From TPA_inf: Saccharomyces (lineage: Eukaryota), in NCBI GenBank assembly GCA_000146045.2, contig BK006948.2:288001-352000 (forward strand): a stretch of 64,000 bases of DNA, in the 5' to 3' direction. Made by a program: the position numbers and the translations under genes. The stretch's first letter is position 1; each line of letters begins with the position of its first letter. The notes under the pieces were generated by a model that ran no database searches, was not told the origin of the DNA, and saw nothing but the letters and a program-made list of their open reading frames with translations. Shown piece after piece: positions 46,509-56,334 of this stretch.

Positions 46509-49343
46509 TCAGTAGTTGACTACGGGGAAGTCTTCTTCAGGCACTTGACAGTTTTCATTAATAGAATGATCCACCCATTCAGGGGCAACGACCCTGGCTA
46601 TTTTCGGTATAGTATCAGAAGCCTTTATTTGTTCTTTTATTTTTTCGTGTACCTCATTCATGCAGTCTTTCCTCAAAATAGGATCAGTATATGGTATAAT
46701 TATTAAGTTACAAAGTGACTGTTGATCTGTTATTTTTCCACCAAACAACTTAATTTTCATTTCTATAATGTCATCTTCTGTGCTAATTTTGCGACGTGGT
46801 ACGTATGCAATCCTGTTGGAGAATAAAAATAATGGAAACCGCCGAACCTCAGAATCTATCTCGAGTTCCCCCATCGGTGGTAGACTTAGTTGTGATTTAT
46901 ACAATGATGACAGTTTGGTTTCCGAAATGTCATTTTCAAAACTATCACCCAAACAATCTACCCTTTTTTCAGCGACGGCTCTCATTTTTTGAGAGACGTT
47001 AAAGCAATAATTGGGCTCGATCAGGATGAGCCTCTTATATGCTATACAATCGAGTACCCAATTTGGGTGCAATATATCATATCCTCGATCTATTAAAGCC
47101 TTGCATTCCGTGGTAGTTTTACAGCTGATTAACCGAACGTCCCCAATTGAATGACGTTTTAAAATTACATTATATATCAGTTTACCACCATGTTCCACAA
47201 TAGTTTTTTCAAGTTCTGCCCGTGTAATCCGTATTCCAGTGTCCTCCGTGACATAGTCAGAGAGAACATAAAAAAGTAATCCGGCAAAGATGTTTGAAAT
47301 TGGCAGTTGTTTCCTGTTTTGGTGAAAGCTGTCTGAAATAAGTACTCTCTTTCTCTTTTTCCGTATCAATCCAAGCTGTGACCTTTCCGCTTGATAGCTG
47401 GGGTTAGATTTAACCGTCCTACTTTCGTATAAGTCGTTAAGTGTGTAACAATCTGTCCATTCTTTATCGTACCGTATTCTTTTACAATAGCCACCGTACA
47501 AAGTACAATTGGTAGCGTACTTCTGCATATTCGTTTCTGTGTTATCCAAAGACCGTGATTTTATTTCTAGAACAATTGATTCACTGGGGTCAATCCATTC
47601 GGCAGGTATTTTTGAGCCAAATTCTAAAATTGAAGCAGGGGGAGCAACTTCGGAGGTTCTTTTCCAATGTCCTCTCGTTTTGCGGTCGATTTCTTTGAAT
47701 TCTTCTTGAGATATACCGTTTGCGATAGAACAGAATGAAAGTATTTTTTTCACCCTTCTTCTTGAATTTTGTATGTGTTTTTCTTGGCTTGAGTGGTCTA
47801 CAATTTCAGAGGAGTCTCCTTGGTGCTTTTTATACTCTTCTTCATCTAGCACAAGTAACCCTAGCATAAAAGAATCTTTTTTCCCAGAATCTCTGCCTAT
47901 TACTATTAAGTCTAAATTCTCTCCAAATTCCTCCAAATATTCAGGTTTTACCTTGATCCAGTTGTTGTTTCGACTGGCGACATTATAACTTGAATTATAA
48001 TATTTCAAAACAACTCCTTCTGAACCCAGTGAGATTGCAACTTCTAAAGACTTTTTGATTGACTCCACACCATAACATCTAGAAGATCGTACTATTTCTA
48101 CAATATTTTTCAAGGGACTTAAAATGCTGTTCAGATATTGCTTCCTTTGATGAAGGGGTAATGGTGTCAACGAAGTCCCATTCAGGTATAACAGATCAAA
48201 CACCATATATAAGGGGTGAAAGTCAACATTATTTATACTATTAAAAGATAGCGCTTCCTTTGCACTTCCTTTAACAAGACCGAATGGAAGAATCACCCGT
48301 CTTTTTGCATCAAACGTCACCATTTCTCCATCTAAAACACATTCTTTAACACTATCTGTAAACCTCAAATGTTGAGATATAGTTCCTGATGATAAGCTCG
48401 CTCCGTACAAATAGGTATAGTCGATGCCCCGTCTACTAAAAAATTTTATGGATTCACCATAATTCATATAATGAACTTGAATTCGTTCTCCATCCATTTT
48501 TTCTTCTACCAAAAAATCATCATGTAGTGTACGGCATATTTTCTCATAAGAAAGATTCACTTTTTTGGCTAATTGGGGGGCGAATGCAAAGCCAACTTTT
48601 ATACTCAAATCATCATCCTTTAGACGAACTTTTGGATCATAAAGTTTTGAAGTTACCACCTTTAAATCAGATATCACGCTAAGATAATCCTGAGCATCAG
48701 GATGCCAGCAGTTTAGCAATTTGTGCTCTTGACCTCCTATTACTCTATTTTTAAGCACGATATCAAAGAAGTATTTTAATTCGACGAAACTCATATTCTC
48801 CACACAGTGCAGGAAAGGTTTGGACTTGACAAGACTCTTAAATCCTCGTCCGGAAGCGAACCTGTCTCCACTCAAACTATCCAGATAGTGATTGACGTTA
48901 TCAATTGTAATCGCTTTTGAGCTAGGTTCAGCCCTTCTTTTAGCAATTTCTTCCACAAGAAGAGAAGAAAGATTCCCACCTTTACCGACACGCTGTTTCC
49001 AATCTTTTAACCGCTGCTCTGTTGCAGAATTTTTTGGCAACTTCAAGTAAGAGCATATAGTTCTTATTAATACATAATCCTTAATATTATAGATTCGTCT
49101 ATCGCGGTAGGGAAGAGCAAGAACCAGTGCAGGATATATATTATTTCCCACGGTTTTTCTCCACATTTCGACGAAATTCGATATTATTTCATAGTACTTG
49201 AAAGACCTTGATTTGCCAGTGCCGGCCGTTCCATTAATTTGAACTTCATGTATCTTCACAAATAGCTCTTCACAAAGCCATTTGAAATCTGGACTAGGCG
49301 CAAAGTTTTGGGGCTCGGGTATAGAATCTAGTGCTGATATCAT
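46509..49343 (-). CDS. DNL4: ATP-dependent DNA ligase IV (NHEJ)
   Basis: 944-aa ORF with the adenylation motif I KMDGER (…VEEKMDGERIQVH…), an OB-fold and tandem C-terminal BRCT regions. Confidence 0.95.
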   Translation of the reverse strand: MISALDSIPEPQNFAPSPDFKWLCEELFVKIHEVQINGTAGTGKSRSFKYYEIISNFVEMWRKTVGNNIYPALVLALPYRDRRIYNIKDYVLIRTICSYLKLPKNSATEQRLKDWKQRVGKGGNLSSLLVEEIAKRRAEPSSKAITIDNVNHYLDSLSGDRFASGRGFKSLVKSKPFLHCVENMSFVELKYFFDIVLKNRVIGGQEHKLLNCWHPDAQDYLSVISDLKVVTSKLYDPKVRLKDDDLSIKVGFAFAPQLAKKVNLSYEKICRTLHDDFLVEEKMDGERIQVHYMNYGESIKFFSRRGIDYTYLYGASLSSGTISQHLRFTDSVKECVLDGEMVTFDAKRRVILPFGLVKGSAKEALSFNSINNVDFHPLYMVFDLLYLNGTSLTPLPLHQRKQYLNSILSPLKNIVEIVRSSRCYGVESIKKSLEVAISLGSEGVVLKYYNSSYNVASRNNNWIKVKPEYLEEFGENLDLIVIGRDSGKKDSFMLGLLVLDEEEYKKHQGDSSEIVDHSSQEKHIQNSRRRVKKILSFCSIANGISQEEFKEIDRKTRGHWKRTSEVAPPASILEFGSKIPAEWIDPSESIVLEIKSRSLDNTETNMQKYATNCTLYGGYCKRIRYDKEWTDCYTLNDLYESRTVKSNPSYQAERSQLGLIRKKRKRVLISDSFHQNRKQLPISNIFAGLLFYVLSDYVTEDTGIRITRAELEKTIVEHGGKLIYNVILKRHSIGDVRLISCKTTTECKALIDRGYDILHPNWVLDCIAYKRLILIEPNYCFNVSQKMRAVAEKRVDCLGDSFENDISETKLSSLYKSQLSLPPMGELEIDSEVRRFPLFLFSNRIAYVPRRKISTEDDIIEMKIKLFGGKITDQQSLCNLIIIPYTDPILRKDCMNEVHEKIKEQIKASDTIPKIARVVAPEWVDHSINENCQVPEEDFPVVNY

Positions 49344-49679
49344 ACCTAAATAATCCGTTACTATTTCCTTCAGTTCTAGATTTTTATTTTAGTATTTATT
49401 TTCCACATATTAACATATGTTTAAAGGATTTTTTCATAGTTAGATTTGTTTAAAGATTTAATATGGTGACAAAAGGTAAAAAGAGAAAAATAACAAAAAA
49501 AAGGAAAAAAGAAGAAAATAAGGGATCGAAAACGATCTTAACTCTAGTACTGCACAAACAACGTAAGTGATGAAACCGATATTATTGATCTATACTCGGC
49601 GAATCTTACGATTTATATCACAATGTTACATGTACAACGTACGTAGTTACTAAACACTGATTTCAGCCTATTTAATCAC

Positions 49680-50621
49680 CTATCGAATTAAATTGCCTAA
49701 GGGGTCATAACTTAAAGGCTCTCCATTTTCTTTTGAACCACTTTCCTCGTCTTCTGATTCCTCAGATTGCGCTTCCCTGCTTTTCATGTTATCTATACGA
49801 ATAGCATTACCTAAAGAGTCATATTCAATACATTGATTATTGCCTTCCAAATCAGATTGTTCTGAGTTTTCCTCACTCTCTGATGTGTCAGATTGCGAAC
49901 CATTACCCCTTCTATTTATGTTACCCATCATCCATATATCTTCTTCTTTAGCTCGGGATTTTCGTTCTTGAGTTTCCTTTTCTAATTTTTGCAACCATTC
50001 CTCTTCAGCCCTCTTTACAGAGTCGCAGTCAGTGCACTGCTGATAGATTTCAAGCAATTCTTTGTTTAATTCTAAAAATCCCATTCCCCACGAGAAGTGT
50101 GATAACAATTCACTGGCCCAATCCATTCTCCCGACGATAGCAAAACAAGCCGCTAATGCCTCAACGCAATTGAGCCTCCATGGTCTCCCGTAATTTACTT
50201 GATTAGCGGCCACTAAATACGGCAGCAGCCTTTCGTGCTTACCGCCTATTTTATTGAAGGGTACCTCTTCTAAACGTGCCCAAGAACACTCGACCACCGA
50301 AGCGCCGTGTTGTTCGACAATTTCTAGATCATCAGGGCAAACAACACCTTTGCCGTTTGGCGAAACGACAATACCTTGAAATTTCTGTCCAACTCTCAAT
50401 GATTTAATTAAGCCCAACCTTTCAAGTTTTTTACCACTGCATCTCTTTGGATCGCAATGATCAAAATCCCACATAGCCAGTTTAACAGGAAACTTCATTT
50501 TTTCTGAATTATCGTACTTCATTTCCATGCGCCTATGGTTTTGCCTGGAACTGTGCCCATTAGCGCCTCTCTGTGGTCTTCCATTTTTGGGTTCGTGCAT
50601 CTTATTTTTACCTTTTCCCAT
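49680..50621 (-). CDS. TSR3: 18S rRNA aminocarboxypropyltransferase
   Basis: 313-aa ORF with a conserved DUF367/TSR3 core (…AMWDFDHCDPKRCSGKKL…) and an acidic C-terminus. Confidence 0.9.
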   Translation of the reverse strand: MGKGKNKMHEPKNGRPQRGANGHSSRQNHRRMEMKYDNSEKMKFPVKLAMWDFDHCDPKRCSGKKLERLGLIKSLRVGQKFQGIVVSPNGKGVVCPDDLEIVEQHGASVVECSWARLEEVPFNKIGGKHERLLPYLVAANQVNYGRPWRLNCVEALAACFAIVGRMDWASELLSHFSWGMGFLELNKELLEIYQQCTDCDSVKRAEEEWLQKLEKETQERKSRAKEEDIWMMGNINRRGNGSQSDTSESEENSEQSDLEGNNQCIEYDSLGNAIRIDNMKSREAQSEESEDEESGSKENGEPLSYDPLGNLIR

Positions 50622-50937
50622 TGTTACTGCTTACTCAACTGTCTTACGCGAGAAGTTCTATACAGATTTACATAAAAAGCTTTTCGATAAAGTATTTCAA
50701 ATAGACATTTACTAGTAAAAATTTTTTTATGTAGTTTCTCATCACATTATATTTTCTAGTCTTCTCCGAAAATCGACGAATTTACCTGAAAAAAAGAAAA
50801 AGTAAACTACAGTCCCTATTTAAGTATTTCGCAAGTGATCTCAAAGTAAAAATAAAATTCCTGGTAACACTCATCCTAGATAGAGCTATATTTGTATCTA
50901 CATAACATGTATTGCATTAAAGGCTTATTTCAGTCCA

Positions 50938-51978
50938 CTATTGCTTGTTCTCATTGTCTGGTGTTTCATCTGTAGATTGGGCACCTGCTCCACCAAAAAG
51001 ATTGCCTGCCATGTTTCTGAGTGCTGGGTTATTCATCAAGTCAGACAAATTTGGAGTTCCTCCGCCTGAAGCAAAGCCTTCAGCCATCTGTCTGATACTT
51101 GGATCTTGCATCATTTTTTGAATATTCTGCATTGCACCTGGATTGCTCATCATTTTTTGCGCAGCCTGCATCAATTGTGGGTTGTTCATTAAACCTCCAA
51201 GACCACCTCCTAATAAAGAACCAAGATCTGGCAATCCACCCGCACTAGCACCCTGACTTGCATCGACATCAGCATCCCTTGACTGTTCTGGAACGGTTTT
51301 CTCCAGATTCAAAGATTGCTCAACCTTCTTCTTGGCACTTTCATAATCCCTTTTCATAGCTTCTGTTGCATTATCGCCCTCTATATCAAGAACCTTTTTG
51401 TATGCTTCAAGGGCTTCTTCGGGTTTACCTTGCGCATATTTAGCAAAACCCAATCTAGAGTAGCCTCTGAAATAAGATGGGTCAATAGAAATTGCAGATT
51501 CAGCGTCTTTGACCGCTTGATCATATTCTTTCAGGGATGAATGAGCAGCCGCTCTATTGGCGTAATAAATAGCATTCGTTGGTAAAACTTTAATGGCTTC
51601 AGTATATTTATTGATTGCCAGTTCGTAATCCTTGTTGGCCATTGCTTTATTACCTTGCATTTTCAAGTCCTCAGCTTTGGCTTTAGTTTCCGCATCATCT
51701 TCTGGAATATTAATCTCGACATTCTCAGCATCGTCTTTCTTATTCGATTCTGGAACTCTTGACGCAGAATTTAATATATCAGCAAGATGTTGACCCTTGA
51801 ATTCAGACTTGCCTAAAATGCCTGAAACAGCTTCTCTTTCAAAGCCAAAGGCTTCAGAGATACAGTCCATAGCAACATTTAAAGAATCGGCGCCATCTTC
51901 TGAAATTTCTTTCTTTTCCACAATGGAAGAAAAGTAGTTTACAATAAGGGCAGCAATTTCTTCTTTTGATGCTGACAT
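50938..51978 (-). CDS. SGT2: Small glutamine-rich TPR co-chaperone (GET pathway)
   Basis: 346-aa ORF with an N-terminal dimerisation domain, three TPR repeats (…AIKVLPTNAIYYANRAAAHSSLKEYDQAVKDAESAI…) and a Gln/Met-rich C-terminus. Confidence 0.9.
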   Translation of the reverse strand: MSASKEEIAALIVNYFSSIVEKKEISEDGADSLNVAMDCISEAFGFEREAVSGILGKSEFKGQHLADILNSASRVPESNKKDDAENVEINIPEDDAETKAKAEDLKMQGNKAMANKDYELAINKYTEAIKVLPTNAIYYANRAAAHSSLKEYDQAVKDAESAISIDPSYFRGYSRLGFAKYAQGKPEEALEAYKKVLDIEGDNATEAMKRDYESAKKKVEQSLNLEKTVPEQSRDADVDASQGASAGGLPDLGSLLGGGLGGLMNNPQLMQAAQKMMSNPGAMQNIQKMMQDPSIRQMAEGFASGGGTPNLSDLMNNPALRNMAGNLFGGAGAQSTDETPDNENKQ

Positions 51979-52298
51979 CGTACAGTAGATTTGTATTAAT
52001 AAGATATCACTTGGTCAGAAGCTTCTATTCAGTTGTCCGATTATATCGCTCGTACTCATTTTATATGGTGGCAAAATTTGGGATTAAGCGTAGGGCAATA
52101 AAACCTTCTCGGATCTTCCATTTTTTTCGATTGGGAAAATTTTAAGACTTGAAAAAGTTTGGAAAAATACAAAAGAAGGGCTAAGTGTTGTGATTAGAAT
52201 GTCATGACAATAAGGTTAAAAGCAAATATTATGCCGCCTATAGCCCTTTAAAATAGCATAAAAGACCTTTGTAATTTCTATTCAATGTTAAAAAAAAT

Positions 52299-52371
52299 CT
52301 TCCCCGCCAGGACTTGAACCTGGAATCTTCTGGTTCGTAGCCAGACGCCGTGACCATTGGGCCACGAGGAA
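52299..52371 (-). tRNA. tR(ACG): tRNA-Arg (anticodon ACG)
   Basis: The reverse complement reads TTCCTCGTGGCCCAATGGTCACGGCGTCTGGCTACGAACCAGAAGATTCCAGGTTCAAGTCCTGGCGGGGAAG, with anticodon loop CTACGAA. A Pol III T-run terminator lies just 3' (plus 52292-52298 = A7). Confidence 0.9.
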
Positions 52372-52584
52372 CAGATCTTGAGAAAATTAGAGATATTTAT
52401 CGATACACGTACTAAAAGCAAATTTCATAGTTTTATTTCCCAATAATGCCCATCATCCATTATTATTATATTCAAATTATTATGCCAGTGTGAAAAAAAT
52501 GGAATGATCATTCCCATACATATTGATGATTTTCGACATAATTATATGCAATGGTATACGCAATTGTGCAAACATGACAATTTT

Positions 52585-52920
52585 GTTTTGATTCTTTCAT
52601 TCCATTTTTTGTAAAGGAATAATATCCCTATATAATATGCCAGAGGTCTTTCCTCGAGGATACAGGAATCCGCAAAATGGAATCAAAATTTTACATCATA
52701 TATTATAATCACGTCTTCCTCCTTTTTCATGCATTACTACTCACGCATCCTATCACATAATCAATCCTTGCGCTTCAATTTCATTAGATTGAAGAAAATA
52801 TGAATATAAATTTATTAATCTCCTACTTTATATCGTCTTTCAACGCGGTATTTTTTTAATAATTTCTAGTAAAGTGGTTATTGTCACTAGAAGATAATTA
52901 GCTATTAGTTTCATAACAAT
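52585..52920 (-). mobile_element. Degenerate Ty1/Ty2 delta LTR remnant upstream of tRNA-Arg; boundaries approximate, and the left end may extend to ~52491
   Basis: The plus strand TTCATTCCATTTTTTGTAAAGGAATAATATCC…TCCTCGAGGATACAGGAATCCGCAAAATGGAATC…ATCACATAATCAATCCTTGCGCTTCA aligns to reverse-complement delta (TTGGGATTCCATTGTTGATAAAGG…CTCGAGGATATAGGAATCCTCAAAATGGAATC…ATTACATTATCAATCCTTGCGTTTCA). It is heavily mutated and its termini are not clean. Confidence 0.6.
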
Positions 52921-53277
52921 TTGTTATTTTGAAAATGTATAGTTTTATTAGGTGGTATTCATTTCAAAGAATTAACATGTTTAATGTTTGTTAAATCTAT
53001 GTAACTAAGTTAAGGTTGGTATTCAAATATATCATAAAAAAATTAATGAGTAGAAAAAAAAATAACTAATCTAATTTTGTTGTTCCTATTTAATGTTCCT
53101 CGTTACTTCCAGCTCTCCAGCTCTCAAATTCGAAATGTATGAATTTTTAGAGGATCATCATAATGTGAAAATGGAGATGATTTGGCAAAATGAAATCGGA
53201 AAAAGAAAAAATTAATGGGAAGGAACAAGACTTGCTTGGCAATAGTTTAAGAATATAATAATTTTTTTTGGGTTTCT

Positions 53278-54414
53278 TCAATCAGCTTCGTCTGGATTGA
53301 CCACTGTTAAAACGTTGTTTTTCCCTCCTGGTCCGCCATTTATGAATGTTCCGTTACTTATTCTCCTTGAGTCGTCGAAAGGGTTAATATCAGTTTGCCC
53401 TTTGGTGTGCTCCTCCTCGAAGCTACCTGAAGAGGGCCCGTGATTAGATGAAAATGAAGAGGCGTATAGTTTATCAGGGTACTCAACTGGTTTTATCGCC
53501 TCTTGGTATTCCTTTTCCATCCTGTCTTGTTCCCGCTTCATATTAATGTGTCTGACAATCAACAAGATACAAAGAGCAATGGCTACGGCTCCCACTACAC
53601 CACCTACAACGCCGCCTACAATTGCCCCTACATTGGCTTTCTTTTTATGAGTTTTACTTCCACTCGTAGAGTCAGATCCAGCTGTACCTGTGGCCGATCC
53701 TGAATTCTGTGCACTTGCCGTGATGGTGTTCGTGACAAAAATTGTGGAACCGCCCTCAGTGTGAAAAGTAGTGGAATAGATTATCGAAGTGGCGTCCTGT
53801 GATTGAGAGCTAGTACTGCTCGTTGCCAAAGTATCCGAAGTTAGCGAGCTTTCTGACGTTACAGTGCTCGAACTCTGTGACGTTGAAATAGAGGCAGCTG
53901 CTTGAGTTGACTCGGGGGAATTCTGTACTGTAGAGGAAGACGCCATTGATGATGTAGTTGATGATGTAGTCGATGATGTAGTTGATGTTGTGGAGGACGT
54001 TGTTGAAGAAGTTGTGGAAGACGACGCAGAAGTAGACTCCGTACTTGAATCTGAGCTGCTTATGCTATTGCTATTTGTGTCAGAGTCAAGTTGGTACACA
54101 GAATAGGCATCTTCACCACCACACATCTCACTGCTGTAACCAAAGCAATACGTATTACATGAAGAGGAAGTAGATTCCGAACCAGATGGATTAGTATCAC
54201 CACAATAACATTCTGAATGATTATAAAGGGCAAAGTAGCTTGCACCTTTTGCGCTACACTCACTGTTACAGTGTGAACTCGACTGCCAGTTATATGAATC
54301 GGCCTTTGAAAAGTCAGAGGGTAGTGAGCTAAAACAATTCACGTATTCATAGGCGTTCGCTTGCGATAAAATGGATAATAACGCCAGAAGCAGACTTGTT
54401 TTGTTCGGTCTCAT
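53278..54414 (-). CDS. SLG1: Cell-wall integrity stress sensor (WSC family)
   Basis: 378-aa ORF with a signal peptide, a Cys-rich WSC domain (…CFSSLPSDF…CNSECSAKG…CYCGD…), a long Ser/Thr-rich stalk, a single TM helix (GAIVGGVVGGVVGAVAIALCILLIV) and a cytoplasmic tail. Confidence 0.95.
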   Translation of the reverse strand: MRPNKTSLLLALLSILSQANAYEYVNCFSSLPSDFSKADSYNWQSSSHCNSECSAKGASYFALYNHSECYCGDTNPSGSESTSSSCNTYCFGYSSEMCGGEDAYSVYQLDSDTNSNSISSSDSSTESTSASSSTTSSTTSSTTSTTSSTTSSTTSSMASSSTVQNSPESTQAAASISTSQSSSTVTSESSLTSDTLATSSTSSQSQDATSIIYSTTFHTEGGSTIFVTNTITASAQNSGSATGTAGSDSTSGSKTHKKKANVGAIVGGVVGGVVGAVAIALCILLIVRHINMKREQDRMEKEYQEAIKPVEYPDKLYASSFSSNHGPSSGSFEEEHTKGQTDINPFDDSRRISNGTFINGGPGGKNNVLTVVNPDEAD

Positions 54415-54856
54415 TATTTAAATAGAATTTTTTATCCTGAGTACTAAATCAGCCAACGTACTATCCTGAATAAATGTGATGCAGATTCCTTTTTCTCCTC
54501 TTGGTTATCTCTCTTTTTCTCTCTCCTTATTAAAAAATTTACGGACAACGAGGAGCTTCTTTCTTGTTTACCTTGATTACCCTTTAAGCAATAACAATAT
54601 CAATACGAGATTTTCTGTAATGTTAGTGCCTGGTCGAGTTTACTGTATCGTCCAAGAAAACTACACTGCGTTAAATTCTTCCAAATGAGGCTATGATACG
54701 CCAAACACTTTTATTTTTCCCCTCCGTTTCTCTCGCTTTCGCTTCGAAAATTACATTATTTTCTTCCCCATGCAGCGTTATTTCCATCTTCAGAGAGGAA
54801 AGGCGGAGAAAATTTTTCTTGAGGAAGGAATTCTACGAAAGTAGTCAACTATATTA

Positions 54857-55081
54857 CTAATCGTTTGACATAGAATGCCAAAGTTGCAGCTTTTCCACTA
54901 ACGTCAAATTTGCGTAACAAGCGCTGCTGTGTAAACTGTCTTGCTTTTTAATAGGACTGACAAAAATTATAAGCGGAGAGATAATATTTAATACTGCCAT
55001 TGACCTTAGTACCGGTACAGGACAATATGTTTGTATCCTTGGTGTCATAAAGAAGAGAAAAACAAGATAAGATCTCCACAT
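54857..55081 (-). CDS. YOR008C-A: Small hydrophobic ORF (74 aa from an internal Met of a 98-aa ORF)
   Basis: 74 codons starting [11 protein letters not shown]… The size and location between SLG1 and TIR4 match the small annotated ORF YOR008C-A. There is no intrinsic evidence of function. Confidence 0.35.
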
Positions 55082-56334
55082 TATTTTGCAGAAGGCGACT
55101 TTGGGGGCCGATGATATCTGCTTCCAGAAGTATGTAAAAAAATTACACACCATTAAGTTCTTATGTAAACCGAAGTCTGGAAGAGAGGTGGTGGAATTTC
55201 CAGTCTGCTACTAGGCAAAAAACTTGAAACACTTTCATATATGATGTTGTTTTGCCGAGCTATTACAAGACGATTTATCATAAACTACTTGCTTGAGCAG
55301 GAACGATTTCACAATCTGTTTAGCAGGTTGTTATGAAGTAGACACGATAAAGTTCTTGAAGAAAGATTGTGGATGGGTTTGCTGAAGCTTAGAACTAAGA
55401 AAAGAAACAAGCACGCGCAAGAAAACCGCTACGGCTAACTTCTAAGGTGAGGATATTGTGATTGTTTATGCCTCATATTTTGCGTTTTTATATGTTCTTC
55501 CTTCATACGGCGTGCAAATTATCCGCCGGCGAACAGGGTGCTATTCTAAAAGGAACTTTGAAACTGTAAACGCGGTGTACTGAAGGGGTCATCTGAACGA
55601 ACAATATTTTATGCTTTTGTTAGCCAAACGGTACTGATAAGGGACTGTGAAAAAAAAAAGACAATGTATGGGGTTCACGGTTTCCCAGATTCGTGTGTGT
55701 GTAATAATTCGTTTACGGCGCACGACAGACACTTCAGGAAATTTAAAGATCAGAATAGGCATACACTCCGCGCAAGGAAAACAAAAGTTGCTACCGTAAC
55801 CGGCTCGTACGGGGAAAGCAAGGTCATCTAGTGCTCACTTACGAACTGGCATAATCGAGTTGTGACTTCCAAACTTAACCGTACTCTCACAGCTGATGTG
55901 ATCCGAAGAAAACCCTGAAGATACAACAATGGCAACCAAAGGCAACTTAAAAAGGCAAACGAAGTACTTTTCAACAATAGCTTACACTGAAACTCGCGGA
56001 GAGGCGACGCTGCGCGCGAATTATCAGTAAAAATCTCGTAACAACCCATCTGCCACTTTTAGAAGGAATGGAAATTCTCAAAAAATGACGGAAAATAATA
56101 GAACAGGGTTCCTAAACGATGCATTTCTAACAAGTAGGATAGTCCAAAAGGGAGGATGCAAATTCTTTGTTTTCCACGCAGTAAGATATGATCCCAAGCT
56201 TTCGAATATAAAAAGGGAAGGATCGCTAGGACAGATCAGTTTTTAGCCCGTTTACTTATCTCGTTCCCTACTCTTGTTCTGATAGAAACCAGCAACAAAA
56301 ACCTATTCACTCGCTTATTAATACCATAAAAAAT

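Noticed and set aside
52920-53280. AT-rich 360-bp stretch between the delta remnant and the SLG1 3' end, examined for sigma/tau LTR homology
   Set aside because: I could not align it by eye to Ty3 sigma or Ty4 tau termini. Most likely plain AT-rich terminator/intergenic DNA.
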